Part shown: in pieces, positions 1 through 8,906 of the stretch
Position numbering within the stretch: the first letter of the stretch is position 1
Layout: each line of letters begins with the position of its first letter
Source: Parcubacteria group bacterium
GTDB lineage: Bacteria > Patescibacteriota > Minisyncoccia > Portnoybacterales > UBA2143
Direction: 5' to 3'
Length of the DNA stretch: 64,000 nt
NCBI GenBank assembly: GCA_013203625.1
Contig: JABMPX010000005.1
Span: 2,305-66,304, forward strand
Position numbers and translations under genes: made by a program
The notes under the pieces: model-generated
Told to the model about the DNA's origin: nothing
Seen by the model: only the letters and a program-made list of their open reading frames with translations
Databases searched by the model: none

Positions 1-318
1 CTGATTGCCTATAATGGGACAGATGAAATGATAGCTGCTGTAAAAAGCATTGTTCAAGAAGCGCGCAAGAATAAAGGTTTGAAAATAAAGCCTAGATTGT
101 TAGAAAGCCATCTTTGGTCCCATAATTTGCCGCCGGTTGATTTAGTTATTAGAACAGGCAGCGAAGGTGATCCCCATAACAGCGTTGGCTTTATGATGTG
201 GCACACAACTAATAGCCAATTGTATTTTACTAAAACAATGTACCCTGATTTTGAACAAAAAGAGTTTGCTAAGGCAATTAGCGATTTTGTCAAACGGCAT
301 AGGCGTTTTGGCAAATAA
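1..318 (+). CDS. uppS: Undecaprenyl diphosphate synthase (cis-prenyltransferase), 5'-truncated by window edge
   Basis: VDLVIRTG, FMMW, QLYF..YPDF and RRFGK C-terminal motifs; frame is open from base 1. Confidence 0.9.
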   Translation: MIAYNGTDEMIAAVKSIVQEARKNKGLKIKPRLLESHLWSHNLPPVDLVIRTGSEGDPHNSVGFMMWHTTNSQLYFTKTMYPDFEQKEFAKAISDFVKRHRRFGK

Positions 319-323
319 GGAAA

Positions 324-1397
324 ATGAATAAAGATAAACTCAAATTTAAATCTTTTCAAAAGCTTTTTAATCAATACCAGAGAAAAATAAATCTTGAACT
401 AGAAAAGTTTTTTAATAAGAAAATAAAAGAGAGTTCTGTATTATTCACCCAAGCAATAGAAACGATAAAAATATTAAGAGATATTAATTTAGGTGGCGGT
501 AAAAGAATCAGGCCTATTTTGATTAACATCGGATATTTTTTAGCTGGTGGCAAAGACAAAAAAGCAATTTTAAAAACTTGTCTATGCATAGAGCTTATCC
601 ATAATTGGTTTTTGATCCATGATGATATTATCGATCAGGATGAATTGAGGCGTGGCCGGCCGTCTCTCTACAAGCTTTATCAAGAAAAGATGAAAGATGA
701 CCATGCAGGGATTTCTTTAGCGATTGTAGCAGGGGACATTAGCGCTGCTTTAGGATATTGGCTATTAGCCAATGGCAGGTTTCAAGAAAAATTCAAGACA
801 AGAGCTTTAAATATTTTTTATCAAACAGTGGTTAATACTTGTCATGGAGAAATGCTGGAGTTGTTTATCAAAGAGGATAAAGATAAGCTTAAGGAAAAAG
901 ATATTCTCAATCTCTGTGAGTATAAAACAGCTTATTATACTTTTGTTAATCCTTTAAAAATCGGAGCAGTTCTGGCTGGAGCAAATGATAGATTTTTAAA
1001 ACAGATAGAGAAATTTGCTTTACCAATCGGAATCGCTTTTCAGATTCGCGATGATATATTAGGTTTATTTGCCTCTCAAAAAAAATTAGGCAAGCCGATT
1101 GTCTCGGATATAAAAGAAAATCAGCCCAATCTTTTGATTTTTAAGACTTTAGCTTTAGCTAATTTAAAAGACAGGCAAGAATTTAAAAAATATTTAGGTA
1201 AGAAAAATTTAAGTTGGAAAGACATTCAGCAGATCAGGAAAATAGTTAAACAAAGCGGTTCACTTGATTATTGTCAAAAATTAGATAGATCTTTGATTGA
1301 TAAAGCTAAATTAAAGTTGCAGAAAATAAAAATGCCGCAAAAAGAAAAAGAATTTCTTTTAACTATGGCAGATTATATAATTGATAGACCATATTAA
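324..1397 (+). CDS. Polyprenyl diphosphate synthase (trans-prenyltransferase)
   Basis: GGKRIRP, LIHDDIIDQDELRRG (first Asp-rich motif), FQIRDD (second Asp-rich motif). Confidence 0.93.
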   Translation: MNKDKLKFKSFQKLFNQYQRKINLELEKFFNKKIKESSVLFTQAIETIKILRDINLGGGKRIRPILINIGYFLAGGKDKKAILKTCLCIELIHNWFLIHDDIIDQDELRRGRPSLYKLYQEKMKDDHAGISLAIVAGDISAALGYWLLANGRFQEKFKTRALNIFYQTVVNTCHGEMLELFIKEDKDKLKEKDILNLCEYKTAYYTFVNPLKIGAVLAGANDRFLKQIEKFALPIGIAFQIRDDILGLFASQKKLGKPIVSDIKENQPNLLIFKTLALANLKDRQEFKKYLGKKNLSWKDIQQIRKIVKQSGSLDYCQKLDRSLIDKAKLKLQKIKMPQKEKEFLLTMADYIIDRPY

Positions 1398-1400
1398 ATT

Positions 1401-2024
1401 ATGGATAGTTTAATCAGCCAATTAATTGAACAGAAATATCTTAAAAGCCCGCAAATCATTGATGCATTTAAGAAAATCAAGCGGGCTGATTTTGTTCCAA
1501 CAGAGATTATAAAAGAGAAAGGAAAAAGTTTTGTTGAGGAATATAACGCGCCCTTGCCAATTGGTTATAGCCAGACAATTTCTCAGCCATTAACAGTGGC
1601 TTTTATGCTGGAACTGCTTCAGCCAAAACTAGGAGATAAAATTTTGGATATTGGATCAGGCTCTGGCTGGCAAACAGCCATGCTTTGTCAAATAGTTGGT
1701 TCAAATGGTTTTGTTTGGGCTATAGAACGAATTTCAGAATTAAAAGATTTTGGTCAGGCTAATCTTAGTAAATATAATTTTAAAAATGTTGAATTTATTC
1801 ATGGAGACGGCTCAAAAGGATTATTAGATAAAGCTCCTTTTGATAAGATTATCACAGCTGCCTCTGCTGATCAAATTCCTCAACAATGGAAAGATCAATT
1901 AAAAAACAAAGGGCGTTTAGTAACGCCTATTAAAAATAGTATTTGGCTGTTAATTAAAAAAAATAAAAATCATTTTGAAGAAAAAGAATATCCAGGATTT
2001 GTATTTGTCCCTTTAGTGACTTAA
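1401..2024 (+). CDS. pcm: Protein-L-isoaspartate O-methyltransferase
   Basis: QTISQP, LDIGSGSGW, APFDKI, FVFVPLV. Confidence 0.95.
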   Translation: MDSLISQLIEQKYLKSPQIIDAFKKIKRADFVPTEIIKEKGKSFVEEYNAPLPIGYSQTISQPLTVAFMLELLQPKLGDKILDIGSGSGWQTAMLCQIVGSNGFVWAIERISELKDFGQANLSKYNFKNVEFIHGDGSKGLLDKAPFDKIITAASADQIPQQWKDQLKNKGRLVTPIKNSIWLLIKKNKNHFEEKEYPGFVFVPLVT

Positions 2025-2046
2025 TTCAAATCTGATTTAATAAAAT

Positions 2047-3042
2047 ATGAAATCAAAAATTTTATGGGGCGTTTATCTGTTAATAATTGTTTCTATTTGC
2101 TGGTTAATTTTTATTTTTGCCAGTCACCAAATCAATACTCCATTGACCATTGATGGAGTCGAAAAAACTTTTGTTATAAAAAAAGGAGAAGGACTAAAAG
2201 GAATAAGTGAGAACTTGGAAGAATCTGATTTAATCAGAAAGGCCTTTTGGTTCAAATTTTATGTTTTGACAAATGGATGGGCAGCTCGTTTGCAAGCAGG
2301 CGAATATTATTTAGATTCTTCTTTAAGTATCCCTCAAATAGCCCAGAAAATAATTAAAGGAAAAGTTATTTCTCCGGAAGTAACTGTAACTATTCCGGAA
2401 GGATTTACTTTAAAGCAGATTGATGCTCGTTTAGCTAGTCTTGGCTTAATTCAGCCAGGAAATATTGTTAATTTTAATGTGAATCAAATTTCAAGCTTTG
2501 AATTTGAAGTTTTAAATTTAGAAGGTTATTTATTCCCTGATACTTATAGATTTAATTATGGAGCAACAGAGCAAGAAATCGCTGAAAAGATGTTTGATAA
2601 TTTTAATAAAAAATTAACAGAGGATTTAAAAAACGAAATAATTAAACAAGGCAAAACCATTGAGCAAATTATTATTATGGCCAGCTTGATAGAAAAAGAA
2701 GTGCGAATTTATGAAGATAGGCAAATTGTTTCAGGTGTTTTTTGGAAGCGTTTTGATAGTCATTATCCATTACAATCCTGCGCTACTATTGCCTATGTTC
2801 TTAATACTGATAAATGGCGTTATTCTATTAAGGACACTAAAATTGATTCCCCTTATAATACCTATCAGAATATAGGGCTGCCAATAGGCCCGATTAATAA
2901 TCCTGGCATGTCAGCAATTCGAGCGGCTATTTATCCCAAATACACTGATTATAATTTCTTTTTATCAAAGCCAAGCGGAGAAACAGTTTTTAGTAAAACC
3001 CTAGAAGAACATAATCAGAATAAAGTTAAATATTTAGAATAA
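2047..3042 (+). CDS. mltG: Endolytic transglycosylase MltG
   Basis: N-terminal TM helix, TIPEG, LEGYLFPDTY, ASLIEKE, SPYNTY..GLPIGPINNPG. Confidence 0.95.
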   Translation: MKSKILWGVYLLIIVSICWLIFIFASHQINTPLTIDGVEKTFVIKKGEGLKGISENLEESDLIRKAFWFKFYVLTNGWAARLQAGEYYLDSSLSIPQIAQKIIKGKVISPEVTVTIPEGFTLKQIDARLASLGLIQPGNIVNFNVNQISSFEFEVLNLEGYLFPDTYRFNYGATEQEIAEKMFDNFNKKLTEDLKNEIIKQGKTIEQIIIMASLIEKEVRIYEDRQIVSGVFWKRFDSHYPLQSCATIAYVLNTDKWRYSIKDTKIDSPYNTYQNIGLPIGPINNPGMSAIRAAIYPKYTDYNFFLSKPSGETVFSKTLEEHNQNKVKYLE

Positions 3043-3049
3043 TCAGGAC

Positions 3050-3078
3050 TTGACAATAATTTTGTAAGAGATTAAACT
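3050..3078 (+). promoter_or_regulatory. Sigma70-type promoter of rplJ-rplL
   Basis: TTGACA (3050-3055), 17 bp, TAAACT (3073-3078). Confidence 0.7.
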
Positions 3079-3084
3079 AGAATA

Positions 3085-3175
3085 AAGTCATAGATAATAG
3101 GCAGTTAATCAACATAAGGCCTATCGAGACAAAATATCTTTTTGTATTTGTCTATGGCTATCCATGGATTTTTTA
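3085..3175 (+). ncRNA. Putative L10 leader (ribosomal protein autoregulatory RNA)
   Basis: AGATAATAGGC...GCCTATCGAGAC resembles the L10-leader AGACAGUAGG...CCUACCGAGG core; lies directly upstream of rplJ. Confidence 0.7.
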
Positions 3176-3180
3176 TTTAC

Positions 3181-3699
3181 ATGATTACCAAAGAGCAAAA
3201 AAAAGAAATAGTTAAAGATTTGGTTGATAAATTGTCTCGCCAGAAAACAGTTATTTTTTTTGATTACACGGGCCTTAAGGTTAATCAATTTCAAAAACTA
3301 AGAGCTCAATTAAAAGAACAGGGGATAGATTGTCAAGTAAGCAAGAAAAGTTTAATTGATTTGGCTTTAGAAAAATCTGGTTTTAAAAATATAGCGATAA
3401 AGAATTTGCCTGGACAGATCGCTTTGATTCTTGGATATGACGATGAAGTTTTGCCTACAAAGATCCTGTATAACTTTTCAGAAGAGAATAAGGAACTAAA
3501 GATCGTAACTGGTTTGATACAGGGAGAACATTTAGAAAAAGAGGCTCTAATTGAATTAGCAAAATTACCTTCAAAACAGGAATTATTGTCTAAATTAGTT
3601 GGTAGTCTTTCATCACCAATATCTGGCTTAGTTAATATTTTCAAGGGAAATTTAGAAAAATTAGTTTTTATATTTAAAAACATAAAACTGGAAACATAG
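3181..3699 (+). CDS. rplJ: 50S ribosomal protein L10
   Basis: MITKEQKKEIV..DYTGLKV..LAKLPSKQELLSKLVG; ATG at 3181 preferred over the ORF-track start. Confidence 0.95.
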   Translation: MITKEQKKEIVKDLVDKLSRQKTVIFFDYTGLKVNQFQKLRAQLKEQGIDCQVSKKSLIDLALEKSGFKNIAIKNLPGQIALILGYDDEVLPTKILYNFSEENKELKIVTGLIQGEHLEKEALIELAKLPSKQELLSKLVGSLSSPISGLVNIFKGNLEKLVFIFKNIKLET

Positions 3700-3777
3700 G
3701 ACTTGAAAAAATATTCTAAAGCTATAGAATAAGAATAAGTTTCAATTTCTAGGTTCCAAGTTTTATTTAAGAAAAAT

Positions 3778-4203
3778 ATGACAGAAGAAAAAGAATCTCC
3801 TAAAAAAGAAGGAAAAGTTCCGGCTAAGTTTAAGGACTTAATAAAGCAAATTGAAGATTTGACTGTTTTAGAATTAGCTGAATTAGTCAAAGTTCTAGAA
3901 GATAAATTTGGCGTTAGTCAAACATTAGTCGCTGCGGCTCCAGCAGCTGGGGGAGCAGCATCAACTGGTTCAGAAGGGGGAGCTGAAGAAAAAACTGCTT
4001 TTGATGTAGAATTAAAATCAGTTGGTGAACAAAAGATTTCTGTGATCAAAGTAGTTAAAGAGATTACTGGACAAGGACTTAAAGAGGCCAAGGATTTAGT
4101 TGATGGAGCGCCAAAGATAATTAAACAAGGCGTTAAAAAAGAGGAAGCTGAAGAGCTTAAGAAAAAGCTAGAAGAAGCCGGAGCAGTTGTTGAATTAAAA
4201 TAA
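3778..4203 (+). CDS. rplL: 50S ribosomal protein L7/L12
   Basis: [11 protein letters not shown], Ala/Gly hinge, [21 protein letters not shown]. Confidence 0.97.
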   Translation: MTEEKESPKKEGKVPAKFKDLIKQIEDLTVLELAELVKVLEDKFGVSQTLVAAAPAAGGAASTGSEGGAEEKTAFDVELKSVGEQKISVIKVVKEITGQGLKEAKDLVDGAPKIIKQGVKKEEAEELKKKLEEAGAVVELK

Positions 4204-4213
4204 AATACAAATT

Positions 4214-4789
4214 ATGTCCAAGGAAATATTAGAACAACTTTTTGACTCACCAGTTAAGGTCAGATTGCTTAAGTTGTTTTTGCGCAATCCAGGAGAGTCA
4301 TTTAGATTAAAAGATATAGCTAAGAGGACTAAAAGCGATATCCGTTCCTGCCAGCAGCAAGTTAAAAGATTGAATAATATCAATTTGATTAATAGCCGAA
4401 CTAAAGGAAAATTTAAAACTTATTTTGTTAATTCTGATTTTGATTTCTATAATGAACTAAAAACTTTAGTTCTTAAGTCCAGTCCTACTTCTAAGGAAAA
4501 GTTATTAAAACGATTAAAAGTATTAGGAAGAGTTAAATTAGCTATTATTTCTGGTGTTTTTATTAATTCTGATAATTCACGAGTGGATCTTTTAGTTGTT
4601 GGAGATGGTATTAAAAATAAAAAATTATCCAGCTTTTTAAAGGATCTAGAAGCAGAAGTTGGCAAAGAAATTGATTATGTTGTTTTTTCTACAAAAGATT
4701 TCGTCTATCGTTATGACATGTTTGATAGGTTTCTGCTGGACATCTTAGAAAAACCACATGAGAAAATAATAAATAAGTTGAAAGTATAG
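4214..4789 (+). CDS. Winged-HTH protein fused to a degenerate nucleotidyltransferase-like domain
   Basis: N-terminal LFDSPVKVRLLKLF HTH; C-terminal SGVF..SRVDLLVVG..EVGKEIDY. Confidence 0.65.
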   Translation: MSKEILEQLFDSPVKVRLLKLFLRNPGESFRLKDIAKRTKSDIRSCQQQVKRLNNINLINSRTKGKFKTYFVNSDFDFYNELKTLVLKSSPTSKEKLLKRLKVLGRVKLAIISGVFINSDNSRVDLLVVGDGIKNKKLSSFLKDLEAEVGKEIDYVVFSTKDFVYRYDMFDRFLLDILEKPHEKIINKLKV

Positions 4790-4862
4790 GACGATTAGCT
4801 CAGTGGTTTAGAGCACTGCATTCACATTGCAGGGGTCACAGGTTCGAATCCTGTATCGTCCA
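4789..4862 (+). tRNA. tRNA-Val(CAC), no encoded CCA
   Basis: GGACGAT/ATCGTCC acceptor stem, CTGCA-TTCACAT-TGCAG anticodon arm, GGTTCGAATCC T-arm. Confidence 0.95.
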
Positions 4863-4877
4863 CGGATTCATTTGCTT

Positions 4878-5315
4878 ATGATAATTACTCCTCATATGTT
4901 AGTTGGCGTGGTTATTGGCGTTCAATCTCCTAATGTTTGGACTGCTTTTTGTTTTGGACTTATTAGTCATTATATTCTTGATTTTTTGCCTCATTGGGAT
5001 TATTTAAATAGTCTTAAAGTAAACAATAAATTAAAAATGTTTGTAAAGATAGGCTTAGATTTTATAATAGGAGTTATTATAATTTTTATTTTGATATGGG
5101 ATTATCCTCAAAAACTAATAATTATGTCTGCTTTAATTGGTTCTTTGTTGCCTGATGTTTTAGAATTCTTTTATGCTAATCTTAAAATGAAATGGTTTAG
5201 GCCTTTTCATAATTTTCATTTAAAGGTCCATCATTGGAAAGAACTTTCTTTTCTAAAAGGAATGCCAACAACTCTAATTGTTTGTTTAGGCGCTATTTTT
5301 CTTCTTGTTTTGTAA
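4878..5315 (+). CDS. Membrane protein, putative metal-dependent hydrolase-like family
   Basis: TPH, SHYILDFLPHWD, LLPD and FHNFH motifs, several TM helices; the ORF-track N-terminus overlaps the tRNA, so ATG 4878 is used. Confidence 0.7.
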   Translation: MIITPHMLVGVVIGVQSPNVWTAFCFGLISHYILDFLPHWDYLNSLKVNNKLKMFVKIGLDFIIGVIIIFILIWDYPQKLIIMSALIGSLLPDVLEFFYANLKMKWFRPFHNFHLKVHHWKELSFLKGMPTTLIVCLGAIFLLVL

Positions 5316-5358
5316 AAGTGGGGATAATTTGTGGATTAAATAAAGATATAATAATAAC

Positions 5359-5385
5359 AAATGGCTTTAAAAAGCCATTTTTTGT
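5359..5385 (+). terminator. Intrinsic terminator
   Basis: AAATGGCTTT-AA-AAAGCCATTT followed by T-run. Confidence 0.6.
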
Positions 5386-5410
5386 TTTTAAAAGCTAAAT
5401 AATTCTGTGT

Positions 5411-5494
5411 TTGACAGGTACATATAAGTGACATATAATGGAAACTAAGTAGTCACTTGTGGATAAAAGTGGGGATAAGTGAACAAAATTGTGG
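5411..5494 (+). promoter_or_regulatory. mraZ/dcw promoter with 10-bp-phased MraZ-box repeats and a DnaA box
   Basis: TTGACA 5411-5416, 17 bp, TATAAT 5434-5439; GTAG/GTGG/GTGG/GTGA at 5449, 5459, 5469, 5479; TGTGGATAA at 5458-5466. Confidence 0.8.
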
Positions 5495-5500
5495 AAAACT

Positions 5501-5932
5501 ATGTTAATAGGAGAATACAAACATACAATTGATATTAAAAAAAGATTAGCTATTCCAGCTAAGCTAAGAAAAGAATTAGGCAAAGGCGCTGTTTTAACCA
5601 GAGGCCTGGATAATTGTTTGGCTCTTTATTCTCTTGAAGAATGGAATGGAATGGCTAAAAAACTTAGCCAGTTGCCAACAGGACAAATTGACGCAAGGGG
5701 ATTCAATAGAATCATTTTAGCTGGAGCAGTAAATGTAGAATTTGATAAATTAGGTCGAATTCTTGTTCCTGATTATTTAAAAGAATATGCTGGTTTAAAA
5801 AAGAATGTAATTGTTGCTGGTGTTTACAACCGATTAGAAGTTTGGGATGAAGCAAAGTGGAGAATTTATAAGAAAAAGATAGAAAAGGAGGTTGGTAATA
5901 TAGCTGAAAGATTGGGGGAGTTAGGAGTTTAA
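5501..5932 (+). CDS. mraZ: Transcriptional regulator MraZ
   Basis: MLIGEYKHTIDIKKRLAIP, DKLGRILVP, RLEVW. Confidence 0.96.
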   Translation: MLIGEYKHTIDIKKRLAIPAKLRKELGKGAVLTRGLDNCLALYSLEEWNGMAKKLSQLPTGQIDARGFNRIILAGAVNVEFDKLGRILVPDYLKEYAGLKKNVIVAGVYNRLEVWDEAKWRIYKKKIEKEVGNIAERLGELGV

Positions 5933-5936
5933 AATA

Positions 5937-6824
5937 ATGGACCATATTCCAGTTCTCTTAAAAGAAATTTTAAAGTATCTAGATCCTAAGCCTGGTCAAA
6001 ATTTTATTGATTGCACAGTTGGTTTTGCAGGACATAGTTTGGCTATATTAAAAAAGATTAAACCAAATGGCAAGGTGTTAGGGATTGAATTAAATGAAAG
6101 GGTCTTTAAAAAACTGAAACTTCAGATTTCCGATCAGAACAATATTTCTGTAATTCATGAAAACTTTATTAATTTGGAAAAAATTGTTAAAGAAAATAAT
6201 TTTTATCCAGTTAGCGGGATTTTATTTGATTTAGGGACATCCAGTTGGCAAATAGAAAAGAGCGGACAGGGATTTTCATTTCAGAAAGACGAACCATTGG
6301 ATATGCGTTCTGATAATAAAAATAATAATTTAACAGCTGAAGAGATTATTAATAATTGGGAAGAGAATAGATTAAAGCAGATATTTCAAGAATACGGAGA
6401 AGAAAGATTTTCAGGCAGAATTGCTAGAATAATCTGTGAAAAAAGACAGAATGAATTAATCAAAACAACGAATCAATTAGTAGAAGTTATTAGACAAGTA
6501 GTCCCGGTTAAATATAGATATAGAAGAAAGCATTTTGCTACTTGCGTGTTTCAATCCTTGCGCATAGCTGTTAATAACGAATTAGAAAATTTAACAAAGG
6601 TCTTGCCACAAGCTTTAAAAATATTACAAAAACATGGTAAATTGGCAATTATTTCTTTTCATTCTTTGGAGGATAGAATTGTTAAAAACTTTTTCCGAGA
6701 ACAAGCCAAAGAAGGAAATTTAGAAATCTTATTTAAAAAACCAGTTGTGCCGACTGAACAGGAGATAGAAATAAATCCTAGAAGCCGCAGCGCTAAGTTA
6801 CGAGTTGCTGTTAAATTGCTTTAA
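5937..6824 (+). CDS. rsmH: 16S rRNA m4C1402 methyltransferase
   Basis: HIPVLL, DLGTSSWQ, PLDMR, ISFHSLEDRIVK, NPRSRSAKLR. Confidence 0.97.
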   Translation: MDHIPVLLKEILKYLDPKPGQNFIDCTVGFAGHSLAILKKIKPNGKVLGIELNERVFKKLKLQISDQNNISVIHENFINLEKIVKENNFYPVSGILFDLGTSSWQIEKSGQGFSFQKDEPLDMRSDNKNNNLTAEEIINNWEENRLKQIFQEYGEERFSGRIARIICEKRQNELIKTTNQLVEVIRQVVPVKYRYRRKHFATCVFQSLRIAVNNELENLTKVLPQALKILQKHGKLAIISFHSLEDRIVKNFFREQAKEGNLEILFKKPVVPTEQEIEINPRSRSAKLRVAVKLL

Positions 6825-6842
6825 AAAACATTGCTTAAATTT

Positions 6843-7172
6843 ATGATTGCTTATATCGAATCTAAAAAATTTCATAAAATTAACCATAATCGCGGTTTAG
6901 CTGTCTTAATTCTTTTAATTGTGTTTTCTATTTTCTCTCTAGTTTTTCTTTATTCTTTCCAAAGCAGCAGTATAGTTGCTTGTAGTTATGAAATTAGAGA
7001 ACAAAAAGAAAAGTTTAAAAATCTTCAAATAGAAAATGAAAATTTGGAAATGGGAATAACTCAATTACGTTCCCCGGCTAATTTAGAAGAAATAGCCCAG
7101 TCATTAAATATGGTTGAAGTAGAGCAAGTAATTTATTTAGGAGCAGAAAAAACAGTAGCTGTGAAGCAATAG
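6843..7172 (+). CDS. FtsL-like cell division protein
   Basis: Single TM helix plus coiled coil ending LEEIAQSLNM; lies between rsmH and the PBP gene. Confidence 0.7.
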   Translation: MIAYIESKKFHKINHNRGLAVLILLIVFSIFSLVFLYSFQSSSIVACSYEIREQKEKFKNLQIENENLEMGITQLRSPANLEEIAQSLNMVEVEQVIYLGAEKTVAVKQ

Positions 7173-7173
7173 T

Positions 7174-8895
7174 ATGAGGCAATGGCGTATTTATGTATTA
7201 ATAGTTTTTGTTTTTTTATTAGGTAGCGGGGTTATAGCTCGTTTATTTTTTCTTCAGATTTTACAATACGATTATTATAGCGTTTTAGCTCAGGATCAGC
7301 AGCAATTTTTACAAACGCTTTTTCCTAAAAGAGGGGAAGTTTTTATGCAGGACTTATCTAGCAGTCAACGAAGCAATGAAGAGCATTATTTTTCTTTAGC
7401 TGTTAATAAAGAATTTAAACAGATCTATGTTGTTCCCAGAGATATTCCTAACGAAGAAAAAGAAGATTTATCCAATAAACTGTCTTATATTCTTGATTTA
7501 GACAAAGAAACCATTTTAAGTAGAATTAATAAATTAAATGATCCTTATGAACCTTTAAAACATAAAGTTGATCAGGAAATAGTTCAACAAATAAACGATT
7601 TAAACGCTGAAGGAGTAAAATTAGCTTTTGAAACATGGCGGCATTATCCAAATAATTCATTGGCTTGCCATCTGACTGGTTTTGTTGGCATAGTTGATGA
7701 AAAAAAAGTTGGCCAGTATGGATTAGAAGGTTTTTATGAGAACGAGTTAAAAGGAGAACAGGGGCTTTTAAAAGGAGAAAAAGATACTTCTGGCTATTGG
7801 ATTCCTTCTCTGAAACAGAAAATAGAGCCAGCTCAAGATGGAGCCAATCTTATTCTAACCATTGATCAGAATATTCAATTTAAAGCAGAAAAAGAGTTAA
7901 GGCAAGTAGTTGAAAAGTGGCAAGCGGAAAGCGGAACAATTATTATTATGGAACCGCAGACAGGCGCTATCCGGGCAATGGCTAATTGGCCTGTTTTTGA
8001 TCCGAATGAATATGGGAAAGTAGAGAATATAGATATTTTTTTAAATTCTTCAATTCAAAAAGTTTATGAACCAGGTTCAGTTTTTAAACCGATTACCATG
8101 GCAGCTGGATTAGATAGCGGGTATGTTTCGCCAGATACAATTTATATAGATGAAGGACAGATAAGAATAAAAGGAAGTGTTATTAGCAATGTTGACGGGA
8201 TAGCCTATAATAAACAAACAATGACCCAAGTTTTGGAAAAGTCTCTTAATACAGGAGCTGTTTTTGTCCAACAAAAGATTGGCACGGATGTTTTTCAGGA
8301 TTATGTGCAAAGATTTGATTTTGACCGGCCAACTGGCATTGATTTAATTGGCGAAGTTGGCGGTAATATTTCCAACTTATATACTGGTAGAGCGATTAAT
8401 TTAGCTAATATTTCCTTTGGACAAGGCATTACAGTTACTCCATTAGGATTGATTACGGGTTTAGGAGCAATTGCTAACAATGGAAAATTGATGCGTCCTT
8501 TTATTATCGAGAAGATAATTAAGCCAGATGGAGAAGAAATAATTACCGGACATCAAACAATTAGACAGGTTATTTCTTCACAAACAGCTGAAAATTTAAC
8601 AAAAATGTTGGTTAGTGTAGTTGATAATGGCTATGGTAAACCAGCTCAAATTAAAGGTTATAATGTAGCTGGAAAAACAGGAACAGCTCAAGTTCCTGAT
8701 TTTGAAAAAGGCGGTTATTCTGAAGACACTATTCATACTTTTGTTGGTTATGCTCCAGCCTTTGACCCTCAATTTATTATTCTGGTTAAGTTGGATAAGC
8801 CGCATGGAATTCGTTTTGCGTCTGATTCAGTTAGTCCAGTTTTTAAAAGAATAGCAGAGTATTTGTTTAATTATTTAGAGATACCACCACAGTGA
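7174..8895 (+). CDS. ftsI: Class B penicillin-binding protein (FtsI-like)
   Basis: EPGSVFK (SxxK), SLN, KTGTAQ; dcw context. Confidence 0.9.
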   Translation: MRQWRIYVLIVFVFLLGSGVIARLFFLQILQYDYYSVLAQDQQQFLQTLFPKRGEVFMQDLSSSQRSNEEHYFSLAVNKEFKQIYVVPRDIPNEEKEDLSNKLSYILDLDKETILSRINKLNDPYEPLKHKVDQEIVQQINDLNAEGVKLAFETWRHYPNNSLACHLTGFVGIVDEKKVGQYGLEGFYENELKGEQGLLKGEKDTSGYWIPSLKQKIEPAQDGANLILTIDQNIQFKAEKELRQVVEKWQAESGTIIIMEPQTGAIRAMANWPVFDPNEYGKVENIDIFLNSSIQKVYEPGSVFKPITMAAGLDSGYVSPDTIYIDEGQIRIKGSVISNVDGIAYNKQTMTQVLEKSLNTGAVFVQQKIGTDVFQDYVQRFDFDRPTGIDLIGEVGGNISNLYTGRAINLANISFGQGITVTPLGLITGLGAIANNGKLMRPFIIEKIIKPDGEEIITGHQTIRQVISSQTAENLTKMLVSVVDNGYGKPAQIKGYNVAGKTGTAQVPDFEKGGYSEDTIHTFVGYAPAFDPQFIILVKLDKPHGIRFASDSVSPVFKRIAEYLFNYLEIPPQ

Positions 8896-8906
8896 TATAA
8901 AATAAA

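Noticed and set aside
4827-4877. ORF-track N-terminal extension MQGSQVRILYRP
   Set aside because: It is the tRNA-Val T-arm read as codons; the real start is probably ATG 4878.
5316-5500. Replication origin
   Set aside because: Only one perfect DnaA box, no dnaA/dnaN nearby and no divergent strand switch; the repeats are better explained as MraZ boxes.
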